From assembly GCA_001001205.1 (NCBI GenBank), contig LCKE01000002.1, positions 1 to 40,511 of the forward strand: a stretch of DNA of 40,511 nt, given 5' to 3'. Of the stretch, positions 27,338 through 35,614 are shown one piece after another. The notes below the pieces were generated by a model. That model was not told the origin of the DNA. It made no database searches and saw nothing but the letters and a program-made list of their open reading frames with translations. Positions within the stretch are counted from its first letter, which is position 1. The number at the start of each line of letters is the position of its first letter. This DNA is from Parcubacteria group bacterium GW2011_GWF2_45_11 (GTDB lineage: Bacteria > Patescibacteriota > Patescibacteriia > UBA1558 > UBA10009). Both the position numbers and the translations under genes were made by a program.

Positions 27338-27484
27338 CTTCGCTCCCTGTTGGTTGTTTTTAAAATGGACGAATCGTAAAATTATATACGATAATAGACT
27401 TTTCGGCAACCTCGTGTATTTGAGCGACAGGCCCGCAATGGCAGTTCGGGCAAGCCAGGCAAAATTTGTCCGCCGCCTCTGAAG

Positions 27485-28786
27485 TTATAAATATATTTCT
27501 GGAGCCGGGCGATCATACTGCAGACCAGGATATAAGGGAAATTGGTCCGTTAATTCGCGGACTGTTTTTTTGACCTCATTTTTGACTTTATCATCAGTGA
27601 TATTCTTTAAAGTCTTGGCGATCAGCCGGCCGATAATCTTCATGTCTTTTTCCTTAAAGCCCCTGGAGGTCAGGGCGGGCGTGCCCAGCCGGATGCCGGA
27701 AGGATCAAAGGGGCTGCGAGTGTCAAAGGGCACTGTGTTTTTATTGCAGGTGATGCCTACTTCATCTAAAGTTTTTTCCGCTTCTTTGCCGGCCACCCCT
27801 ATATTGGTCAAATCTACCACCATCAAATGATTGTCGGTTCCGGCAGTAACCAGATCCAAGCCTTCATTCATCAGGCTGTCTGCCAGGGTCTTGGCGTTTA
27901 AGACAATCTGACGGGCGTAGTCTTTAAATGCCGGCTGGGAGGCTTCGTAAAGGGCCACCGCGATGGCTGCGGTGGTATGATTGTGGGGGCCGCCTTGCAG
28001 GCCGGGGATAATGGCCCGGTCAATCAGGGTGGGAATGTTTTCTTTGGTGCGTTCAACTTTTTTAGTTGGCGAGGAAACTGTGCCGTGGGAAAGGATCATG
28101 GCGCCCCGGGGCCCCCTCAAGGTTTTATGGGTGGTGGTTGTTAGCACGTCGGCGATTTCGGCCGGTGAAGGATGCACGCCGCCGATAATCAAGCCGGCGA
28201 TGTGGGCGATGTCGGCCATAAAAAAGGCTCCGACGGCATCCGCGATCTCTTTGAATTTTTGCCAGTCAATAATTCTGGGATAAGCGGTAAAGCCGGCGAT
28301 AATCATTTTGGGCTTGTGCTTGACGGCCAGGCTTTTGATTTCATTAAAATCCAGATAGCCGTTTTTGTCGGCGGTATAATTAATGGCGTTGTATAGACTG
28401 CCGGAAAAATTGACTTTTAAGCCATGGGTCATGTGTCCGCCAAAAGCCAGGTTGGCCCCCAAAACCGTATCGCCAGGATTTAGGAGGGCGAAATAAACAG
28501 CCAGGTTGGCCGGTGAACCGGAATAAGGCTGGACATTGGCGTGGTCCACGCCGAAGAGTTGTTTGGCTCTGTCAATAGCCAGCTGTTCAATCTGATCAAC
28601 GTATTGGCAGCCGCCGTAATACCTGCGGCCGGGGTAGCCTTCCGAATATTTATTGGTGCCGATCGAGCCCAAAGCCCGCAGAACTTCCATGGAAACGAAA
28701 TTTTCCGAAGGAATCATTTCCAGCCCCCTTTGGCTGCGCTCCAGCTCTTTTTGTAAAAGTTGAAATAGTTGCGTGTCGTTATCCAT
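27485..28786 (-). CDS. glyA: Serine hydroxymethyltransferase
   Basis: IPSEN, NKYSEGYPGRRYYGG, TTTHKTLRGPRG, GTDNHL, SGIRLGTPA. Confidence 0.98.
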   Translation of the reverse strand: MDNDTQLFQLLQKELERSQRGLEMIPSENFVSMEVLRALGSIGTNKYSEGYPGRRYYGGCQYVDQIEQLAIDRAKQLFGVDHANVQPYSGSPANLAVYFALLNPGDTVLGANLAFGGHMTHGLKVNFSGSLYNAINYTADKNGYLDFNEIKSLAVKHKPKMIIAGFTAYPRIIDWQKFKEIADAVGAFFMADIAHIAGLIIGGVHPSPAEIADVLTTTTHKTLRGPRGAMILSHGTVSSPTKKVERTKENIPTLIDRAIIPGLQGGPHNHTTAAIAVALYEASQPAFKDYARQIVLNAKTLADSLMNEGLDLVTAGTDNHLMVVDLTNIGVAGKEAEKTLDEVGITCNKNTVPFDTRSPFDPSGIRLGTPALTSRGFKEKDMKIIGRLIAKTLKNITDDKVKNEVKKTVRELTDQFPLYPGLQYDRPAPEIYL

Positions 28787-29195
28787 TTTTGATTTTATTA
28801 ATTATATAATCAACGTTAGGTTGTCTGTCTGCGGGCAGCCGGTCCAAAGGAAACCAGCCCCAGCTTTCTATATCTTCGGCCGGAGTTATTTCGCCGAGGC
28901 GCCGGGCCAGAAAGTGAACCAATATGGCCAGGCCTTTGTCTTTTTTGGGCTGTAAATAAACATCAATGATTTTTTCAATCTCAATGTCAATCCCCATTTC
29001 TTCTTTGGCTTCCCTGCTGGCCGTGGCGGCCACCGTTTGGTCAAAATTCTCCATTTCGCCCCCGCAAAATTGCCATTTAGGCTCGGGTTTGGCGGCGGTC
29101 GGCTTATGCTTGTTTAATAAGGTTTGTAACTGACCGTCGCGGTTTTCGATAATCACCGGCCCGGCCGCAATCAGGGAATTTGGAGGCAGGTTCAT
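28779..29195 (-). CDS. NUDIX hydrolase
   Basis: Nudix box GG.ME......TA.REAKEEMG. Confidence 0.9.
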   Translation of the reverse strand: MNLPPNSLIAAGPVIIENRDGQLQTLLNKHKPTAAKPEPKWQFCGGEMENFDQTVAATASREAKEEMGIDIEIEKIIDVYLQPKKDKGLAILVHFLARRLGEITPAEDIESWGWFPLDRLPADRQPNVDYIINKIKNG

Positions 29196-29300
29196 AATTT
29201 TAATAATCAATCTTGGTTATGATAATCTGATTATAGCACGATAAATGTCAGGCATAAAATTACGGTTTCCCCGGTCCAATCTCCCGGTTAAGCCCAATTA

Positions 29301-30908
29301 TTAACATCCAAAACATTCCAATTTTTGGGATTTGGCGTCAACCTCAAGGTTTTTGATCATGTAGGTGCCCTGCAGTTTATAACCAAGTTTGCGGTAGTAC
29401 GGCCGGACGCCAATGCCGGCAATGACGGCGATTTTACTCAGCTTATTTTTTAGGGCGACTTTTTCGGCAATTTTCATCAGCCGTTTGCCAAAGCCCGTAT
29501 GTTGAATTTGCGCCCGCCGCTGTTTAACCGGCACCAGCGGTCCGTAAGTATGGATTTCCCTGACCAGCAAAGCATTTCTTAGCTCCGGGATAAAATTATT
29601 TTTTAATTCCGCCGGGCCGTTGAGGCGGAGGCGGATAAAGGAGTAGAGTTTTTCGCGTTTGGCGCTTTCGTAAGAAATAAAATATTCCGTGCCGCCGGCC
29701 GCGGAATATTGCTGGGTAAACAGTTTGGCTTTTTTCAGGTCAGCCAGGCTCTCTCTGGCCTCGCGACAACGCATGCATTTGCATTTTAAATTTTTTTTCT
29801 TAAGTTCGGCCTGAAGAAATTCTCTTAAATTGGTAATCTTGTTGCCGCCGGCTATACTTTCTTTGGGAATGTCCCTGATCAGGCGGTTAATTCTGACGTA
29901 GTAGGGCACGGTCAGTTTGATTTTAATCAGCAAGGCGGCAAGTTTTTCCGGCGCATAGGGCCGGTATTGGCCCGAGCTGAACCATTGATAAAGAGGGGCG
30001 TATTCATTGACCACGGTGGGGTAAATTTTAATCTGGTCGGGCTGAAAATTAGGCTCGGTAAAGAGTCGGTGGAACATTTTTAAATCTTTTGCCGGCGTGG
30101 AACCCGGCAGATCCGGCATCAGATGATAGTCAACTTTAAATCCGGCCGTTTTTAACAGTTTGGTGGCCGCTACGGTTTGTTCGGCGGTATGTCCGCGCCG
30201 GACTAGCTTAAGAATTTGATCGTCTAAATGCTGAACGCCGATTTGCACTCTGGTAACGCCCAATTCTCTGAACCGTTTAACCTCCGCTTGATTAATCAGA
30301 TCGGGCCGGGTTTCTATCGTCACGCCGATAATGCGGTGTTCGGCCGTTTCATTTTTTTTAAAAGCCCGTTTAAGGTTGGCGGATTTTTTACCGTTAACCG
30401 CCTCAAAACACCGTTGGATAAATTTTTGCTGATAGTTTTTGGGATAAGCGTTAAAGCTGCCGCCCAGAATCAAGAGTTCAATCTTATCAACCGCATGTCC
30501 GTTGGCGGCCAGCGCCCTTATGCGCATCTCTACTTGTCTGGCCGGATCAAAATCGTTCATTTTGGCGCGCTGGGCCGCGGGCTCCTTGGCTAGATAGCTT
30601 TTGGGCATGCCCGGCTCCTGGGGGCAGTAAAGGCAGCGGCCCGGGCAGGGGTAAGGTTTGGTTAAGACGGTCAGCGGCGTTACTCCGGATAAAGTCCGCG
30701 TTTTCCGTTTGGTCAGCCAGCTGGATAAATTTTGGCGTTTTTTTCCCTGAGGCAAAATTTGACCGTAGGCCTTGATTAAAGTAGCATTGGTTACGGGGGC
30801 GAGATTATACTTGCCGGAAAATTTTTTCTTTAATTTTAAAAATTCTACCTGGTTTTTCGGCCGCGCCTTAAGAATGTCGGAGATGATTTTTTGATGAATG
30901 TTTTTCAT
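29301..30908 (-). CDS. elp3: Elp3 radical-SAM/GNAT tRNA U34 carboxymethyltransferase
   Basis: RTLSGV, CPGRCLYCP, PKSY, ETRPD, KIYPT, R.NR.IRDIP, CKCMRCRE, VREIHTYG, QHTGFG..LM, GIGVRPYYRKLGY. Confidence 0.95.
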   Translation of the reverse strand: MKNIHQKIISDILKARPKNQVEFLKLKKKFSGKYNLAPVTNATLIKAYGQILPQGKKRQNLSSWLTKRKTRTLSGVTPLTVLTKPYPCPGRCLYCPQEPGMPKSYLAKEPAAQRAKMNDFDPARQVEMRIRALAANGHAVDKIELLILGGSFNAYPKNYQQKFIQRCFEAVNGKKSANLKRAFKKNETAEHRIIGVTIETRPDLINQAEVKRFRELGVTRVQIGVQHLDDQILKLVRRGHTAEQTVAATKLLKTAGFKVDYHLMPDLPGSTPAKDLKMFHRLFTEPNFQPDQIKIYPTVVNEYAPLYQWFSSGQYRPYAPEKLAALLIKIKLTVPYYVRINRLIRDIPKESIAGGNKITNLREFLQAELKKKNLKCKCMRCREARESLADLKKAKLFTQQYSAAGGTEYFISYESAKREKLYSFIRLRLNGPAELKNNFIPELRNALLVREIHTYGPLVPVKQRRAQIQHTGFGKRLMKIAEKVALKNKLSKIAVIAGIGVRPYYRKLGYKLQGTYMIKNLEVDAKSQKLECFGC

Positions 30909-30959
30909 GAAGAGCTCGGATAACCAGCGGATATTGGGGCGTTGTGAGATATGCAAATT

Positions 30960-31676
30960 ATGAATAAGTCGGAAAAGTTATTAGCGCAAGTTAAGGACGG
31001 CTATAACCAGATCGCCGAACATTTTTCCCGGACCCGTTACGCGCCCTGGAGCGAATTTGGGTTGTTTAAAGAGTATATCAAAGACGGCCAGAGAATTCTA
31101 GATTTAGGCTGCGGCAACGGCCGGCTTTTTTTTAGCTTTTTGCAAGATTCGCATGTTGAATATTACGGCCTTGACAACAGCGAGAAGCTGATAGAGATAG
31201 CCAAAAGCAGAATTCAAGGGTTAAAACAAAGCCCGCAGCCCAAATTCCAAGTAGCGGAAATGACCAAGGCGCCGTTTTCAAATAATTATTTTGATCTGGT
31301 GATTTGCATCGCCGCTTTCCATCACCTGCCCAGTAAAGAGTTGAGGCTTAAGGCTTTACGGGAAATAAGGAGAGTCTTAAAGTCCGGCGGTTATTTGTTG
31401 ATGACCAACTGGCATTTATGGCACCGGCCGTTTTGGCAATATTTTTTTGTTGATTTTTGGAAAAAGAATTCCCTTAAGGATTTTTTCTTCCCCTGGAAAT
31501 CGGCTGACGGCCGGGCGCAGTGTCAGCGGTATTATCACGCTTTCGCTAAAGGAGAACTCAAGCGCTTGCTCCAGAAAGCCGATCTTGCCGGGGGAAAAAT
31601 ATTTCTTCATCATAATGCCGATAAAAAGTCATACGGCCGGGGGATTGACGTTATTGTTATCTCCAAGAAACCGTAA
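30960..31676 (+). CDS. Class I SAM methyltransferase with Trm9/ALKBH8-type signatures
   Basis: YNQIAEHFSRTRYAPW, DLGCGNG, IAAFHHL, R..AL.E..RVL..GG..L...W, FFPW, RYYHAF.KGEL. Confidence 0.85.
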   Translation: MNKSEKLLAQVKDGYNQIAEHFSRTRYAPWSEFGLFKEYIKDGQRILDLGCGNGRLFFSFLQDSHVEYYGLDNSEKLIEIAKSRIQGLKQSPQPKFQVAEMTKAPFSNNYFDLVICIAAFHHLPSKELRLKALREIRRVLKSGGYLLMTNWHLWHRPFWQYFFVDFWKKNSLKDFFFPWKSADGRAQCQRYYHAFAKGELKRLLQKADLAGGKIFLHHNADKKSYGRGIDVIVISKKP

Positions 31677-31699
31677 AGCTGTTTTTGGCCCTAAAAAAC

Positions 31700-31728
31700 T
31701 TGATTAATAAATTAAGGCAGGGTAAAAT
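31700..31728 (+). promoter_or_regulatory. sigma70-type promoter, near-leaderless, for the phosphohexomutase gene
   Basis: TTGATT-17 nt-TAAAAT, with the ATG 9 nt downstream. Confidence 0.5.
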
Positions 31729-31737
31729 CCTAATGGT

Positions 31738-33111
31738 ATGAATTTAGAGCAATCCATTTTTAAATCTTACGACATCCGCGGCCTTTATCCTCAGGAGCTG
31801 AATCAAGAGGCGGCCGGTTTGATCGCCCAAACTTTTTTAAAGATGGTATCGGACAAGCTGGATAAGCCGATTAAATCTTTAAAGATCGTGGTGGGGCGCG
31901 ATATCAGAAAAGCCTCTGAACCGTTGAGCCAAACAGTGATTAAAACTTTCTTGGCCTATGGCGTTCAGGTTGATAATATCGGCCTGGTCTCCATCAATGA
32001 TTATTATTTCGCCTGCGGTTATTACAAGTACGACGCCGGCATTATGGCCACCGCTTCTCATAATCCCCCGGAATACGGCGGTTTTAAAATGGTCATCCGC
32101 GGCCGCTTGCCTGAGGCCATAGAGTTTATTTCCGGCCAAGAGCTTTACGCCCGGCTGCGGAATTTAGATTTTCCCCTGGCGGCCGAAAAAGTTTCGGGCA
32201 AGCTTAATGATAAAGAGGTCTGGGATGACCACTTACGGCATGTTTTGTCTTTTATCGGGCCGACGGAAATTAAACCCTTTAAGGTAGTTGTAGATAACGG
32301 CAACGGCATGAATTCAATATTTTTATCCAAGCTGTTGCCAAAACTTCCGGGTGAATTTGTGCCGATGTTTTTTGAACCCGACGGCCGTTTTCCCAACCGC
32401 CCGCCTAATCCTTTGGCGGCCGGAGCAGCGCAGGCAGCCAGCCAAAAAGTTTTGGCCGCTAAAGCCGATCTGGGTTTTATTTTTGACGTTGACGGCGACC
32501 GCATGTTTTTAGTGGATGAGCGGGGTCATTTTATCACCGGCGATCAGGTGTTATTAATGATGATTAAGCCGATGCTTAAAAAATATCCTGGGGCCGGCAT
32601 AGCTTATAATCTGATTTGTTCCAAAGCGGTGCCGGAGCTTATAGAAAAACTCGGCGGCCGGACTTTAAGAAGCGAAGTTGGATACCGGAACGTAGCCAGA
32701 CACATGATGGAGGAGGGTGGCATAATGAGCGGCGAGGTTTCCGCTCATTTCGCCTTTAAGTATAATTTTTATGCCGACTCCGCCTTTTTGGCTTTAATGC
32801 TGGTGTTAAAGACTTTATCCGACGATGGCCGCCCGCTTTCCCAAATCATCAAGGAAAATTATTTGTATGCCAGAGGCGATGAGATTAATATTATCGTAGA
32901 CGATATTCCGGCTAAACTTGAGAAAATCAGAAAATATTATCAGGCTAATATCAGGGACGAAATTGACGGCATTACCGTGGAATTTGATCGTTGGTGGTTT
33001 AACGTCCGGCCGTCCAATACCGAGCCGCTTTTAAGAATAACGGCGGAAGCGGAGAATCAGGCAGAGTTAAAGAGCAGGCAGGAGGAGATACTTGGTATAC
33101 TTAACAAGTAA
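31738..33111 (+). CDS. manB: Phosphomannomutase/phosphoglucomutase
   Basis: FKSYDIRG, TASHNP, FDVDGDR, GEVSAH, RPSNTEP. Confidence 0.93.
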   Translation: MNLEQSIFKSYDIRGLYPQELNQEAAGLIAQTFLKMVSDKLDKPIKSLKIVVGRDIRKASEPLSQTVIKTFLAYGVQVDNIGLVSINDYYFACGYYKYDAGIMATASHNPPEYGGFKMVIRGRLPEAIEFISGQELYARLRNLDFPLAAEKVSGKLNDKEVWDDHLRHVLSFIGPTEIKPFKVVVDNGNGMNSIFLSKLLPKLPGEFVPMFFEPDGRFPNRPPNPLAAGAAQAASQKVLAAKADLGFIFDVDGDRMFLVDERGHFITGDQVLLMMIKPMLKKYPGAGIAYNLICSKAVPELIEKLGGRTLRSEVGYRNVARHMMEEGGIMSGEVSAHFAFKYNFYADSAFLALMLVLKTLSDDGRPLSQIIKENYLYARGDEINIIVDDIPAKLEKIRKYYQANIRDEIDGITVEFDRWWFNVRPSNTEPLLRITAEAENQAELKSRQEEILGILNK

Positions 33112-33288
33112 GGTACAAGGAACAAATTTCAAAATACCTGCCCGTCCAGCCGGCGGGTAAAAAATAACCAAATTCTAAATTACAGCCTGAGACATTTGGG
33201 AATGTATGCCGGTGCGCAATCTGATTAAGGTAATTTGAATATTAAATATTTTTTGCAGTTCGTTTCTTGCAACTTGGAGGTTTTTACT

Positions 33289-34092
33289 ATGATTGGTATT
33301 TTTGATTCAGGTTTTGGCGGTTTAACCGTGTTTAAAGAAATCAGGAAGGTTTTGCCGGATTATTCTTATATTTATCTGGGCGATAATCTGCGGGCGCCTT
33401 ACGGCGGCCGTAGTCAGGCATCAATCTATAAATTTACCCAACGGGCCGTTGATTTTTTATTTAAACAGGGCTGTCAGCTGGTTATTATCGCCTGCAATAC
33501 CGCTTCCGCCGAAGCTTTAAGAAAACTTCAGCAAAATTGGCTGAAAGAGCATTATCCGGACCGGCGTATTTTGGGCGTCATCAGGCCGTTGGTGGAAGCC
33601 GCAGCGTTGCTTTCCCGTTTCGGCAGAATAGGCGTGGTCGGCACAACCGCCACGGTCAGTTCAGGAGCGTACATTAAAGAGTTGCAACGCCACAAGAGCG
33701 GGGTGGAGATTTTTCAAAACGCCTGTCCTTTGTTAGTGCCTTTGGTGGAAGAAGGCTGGCTGGATAAGCCTGAAACCAGAATGATTATCAAGCGTTGCCT
33801 GCGCCCGCTTAAAGATCGGCAAATAGACACCCTGATTTTAGGCTGCACTCATTATTCGTTGCTGAAAAAAGAATTCGTTAGGCTGGCAGGCAAGCGAGTT
33901 CAGGTGGTTGACGCGCCGCGGGTGATTGCCGAAAAATTAGCCGATTATCTAGAACGCCATCCGGAGATTAACGCCAAAATAGAGAAACGGAAAACCGTGA
34001 GATATTTAACCACCGATGACCCTCAAAAATTCGCGGCTTTAGGCAGCCGGTTTTTAGGCGCGTTGATGACCGCTGAGAAAATTGAATTATAA
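33289..34092 (+). CDS. murI: Glutamate racemase
   Basis: IGIFDSGFGG, PYG, IACNTAS, LGCTHY; GGAGG Shine-Dalgarno before the ATG at 33289. Confidence 0.97.
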   Translation: MIGIFDSGFGGLTVFKEIRKVLPDYSYIYLGDNLRAPYGGRSQASIYKFTQRAVDFLFKQGCQLVIIACNTASAEALRKLQQNWLKEHYPDRRILGVIRPLVEAAALLSRFGRIGVVGTTATVSSGAYIKELQRHKSGVEIFQNACPLLVPLVEEGWLDKPETRMIIKRCLRPLKDRQIDTLILGCTHYSLLKKEFVRLAGKRVQVVDAPRVIAEKLADYLERHPEINAKIEKRKTVRYLTTDDPQKFAALGSRFLGALMTAEKIEL

Positions 34093-34142
34093 AATTAAGT
34101 TATTTAAAAAAAGACCACCGGCAAGAGGATCGCCAGGTGGTT

Positions 34143-34490
34143 TTATAATGCCCCAACGACCGACCGGATGACCTGGCTGATTTCCAGGTAAGTCCGGTTT
34201 CTTTCCGGGGCCGACAAGAGCCCGCCAAGCGAAAGTGGCGGGCTAAAGGTTATACTGACCCTTTTTCTGCCGCGGAAAGCTAACAGAAAGTAGTACCATT
34301 TGGAGCCGATCGGCATGACCTTGCTCCATCCCCGGATTCTAACCGGGATAACCGGGCAACCGGTCGTCCGGGCAATCCGGCCGGCGCCAGGCCCGGCTCT
34401 GCCGATTTTTTCGTTTGGATCCCGAGTTCTCGTTTCTTCAAAGAAGACCAACAGGTTGGCCTTTTGGAGAATTTTTATCTTAAAAAAATA
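34143..34490 (-). pseudogene. C-terminal fragment of a PlsC-type lysophospholipid acyltransferase
   Basis: LLVFFEETRT (degenerate FPEGTR), GAGRIA...PVIPV.I.G; N-terminal NHxxxxD half absent, with an in-frame stop just upstream. Confidence 0.7.
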
Positions 34491-34503
34491 GGGCTAATTT
34501 GTC

Positions 34504-34545
34504 AATCTAAAAAGCCTTGCCCGCGCGGGCAAGGCTTTTTAGATT
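34504..34545 (-). terminator. 42-bp perfect palindrome overlapping the trpS stop (likely terminator)
   Basis: AATCTAAAAAGCCTTGCCCGC|GCGGGCAAGGCTTTTTAGATT. Confidence 0.75.
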
Positions 34546-35522
34546 AAACCCATTCTTTTTTTGATGGCTCGGATATTTTTTTGTGCGATCTGGCGCGCCT
34601 TTTTGGCGCCGTCAGCCAGAATTTTTTGAACTTTCTTTTTATCTTTAACCAGTTGTTTTTTTTTGGCCTGGATTGGTTTTAAATAATTTATAATAACTTC
34701 GGCCAATTCAGTCTTCAATTCAGAATATTTAAGGTTTTTGGCTTCAAAAGCTTTTTGAAATTTTTGAACGGTTTTGGCCTCAGCCAAAAGTTCCAGCATG
34801 GTAAACAGGTTTTTAACGCCAGCTGACATGGTCTGGGCGTCTGGGCCTTCGTCTGTTACGGCTTTCATTATTTTTTTTCTGATTATTTCCGGTTCGTCAG
34901 TCAGGGCGATCAGATTATTCGGGCCGAGCGACTTGCTCATTTTTTTGGCCGGGTCGGTTAAAGACATGATTCGGGCACCCTGGCCGATAATCGGTTCAAT
35001 TTCCTTAAAGTAATTGCCGAATTTATTGTTGAATTTTCTGAGAATGGTATTGGTTAATTCCAAATGCTGCAACTGGTCTTCGCCTACCGGCACGATGTTG
35101 CCATGGTACAGTAAAATGTCAGCCGCTTGCAAAACCGGATAATCAAACAAACCGGCATTAACATTTTTTTGATGCCGGCTGGCTTTATCCTTAAACTGAG
35201 TCATTCGTTCCAGTTCGGCTATCGGCGTTAAAGTATTAAACAGCCAGCACAATTCTGTATGTTCGGGAACGTGCGACTGGACAAAAAGAATTGATTTTTT
35301 AGGATCAACGCCAATGGCCAGCAAATCCATGGCCGTATTTAAAATCTGATCCGGGAATTTTTGAGGATCATAATCAACGGTAATCGCGTGCAAGTCTACA
35401 ATGGCGTAATAGCAATAATATTGATTTTGCAAATCAACCCAGTTTTTGAGGGCGCCCAAGTAGTTGCCTAAATGGATTTCGCCTGTTGGTTGGATGCCGG
35501 AAAATAGAATTTTTTCTGTCAT
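34539..35522 (-). CDS. trpS: Tryptophanyl-tRNA synthetase
   Basis: SGIQPTG..HLGNY, YPVLQAADIL, VPVGEDQ.QH, KMSKS. Confidence 0.98.
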   Translation of the reverse strand: MTEKILFSGIQPTGEIHLGNYLGALKNWVDLQNQYYCYYAIVDLHAITVDYDPQKFPDQILNTAMDLLAIGVDPKKSILFVQSHVPEHTELCWLFNTLTPIAELERMTQFKDKASRHQKNVNAGLFDYPVLQAADILLYHGNIVPVGEDQLQHLELTNTILRKFNNKFGNYFKEIEPIIGQGARIMSLTDPAKKMSKSLGPNNLIALTDEPEIIRKKIMKAVTDEGPDAQTMSAGVKNLFTMLELLAEAKTVQKFQKAFEAKNLKYSELKTELAEVIINYLKPIQAKKKQLVKDKKKVQKILADGAKKARQIAQKNIRAIKKRMGLI

Positions 35523-35555
35523 ATATTCAATTTTAGCACAAAATTCGTAATAACC

Positions 35556-35614
35556 AAAAGCCTTGCCCGCGCAGGCTAAGGACAGAGTATTGGCAAATGC
35601 GGGTAAGGCCTTTT
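35556..35614 (-). terminator. Hairpin after rnj, sharing a 17-mer with the trpS terminator
   Basis: AAAAGCCTTGCCCGCGC...TGCGGGTAAGGCCTTTT. Confidence 0.55.

Noticed and set aside
33211-33238. dif-like site starting GGTGCGCA
   Set aside because: Only the first 8 nt match the E. coli XerC arm; no TTATGTTAAAT XerD arm.
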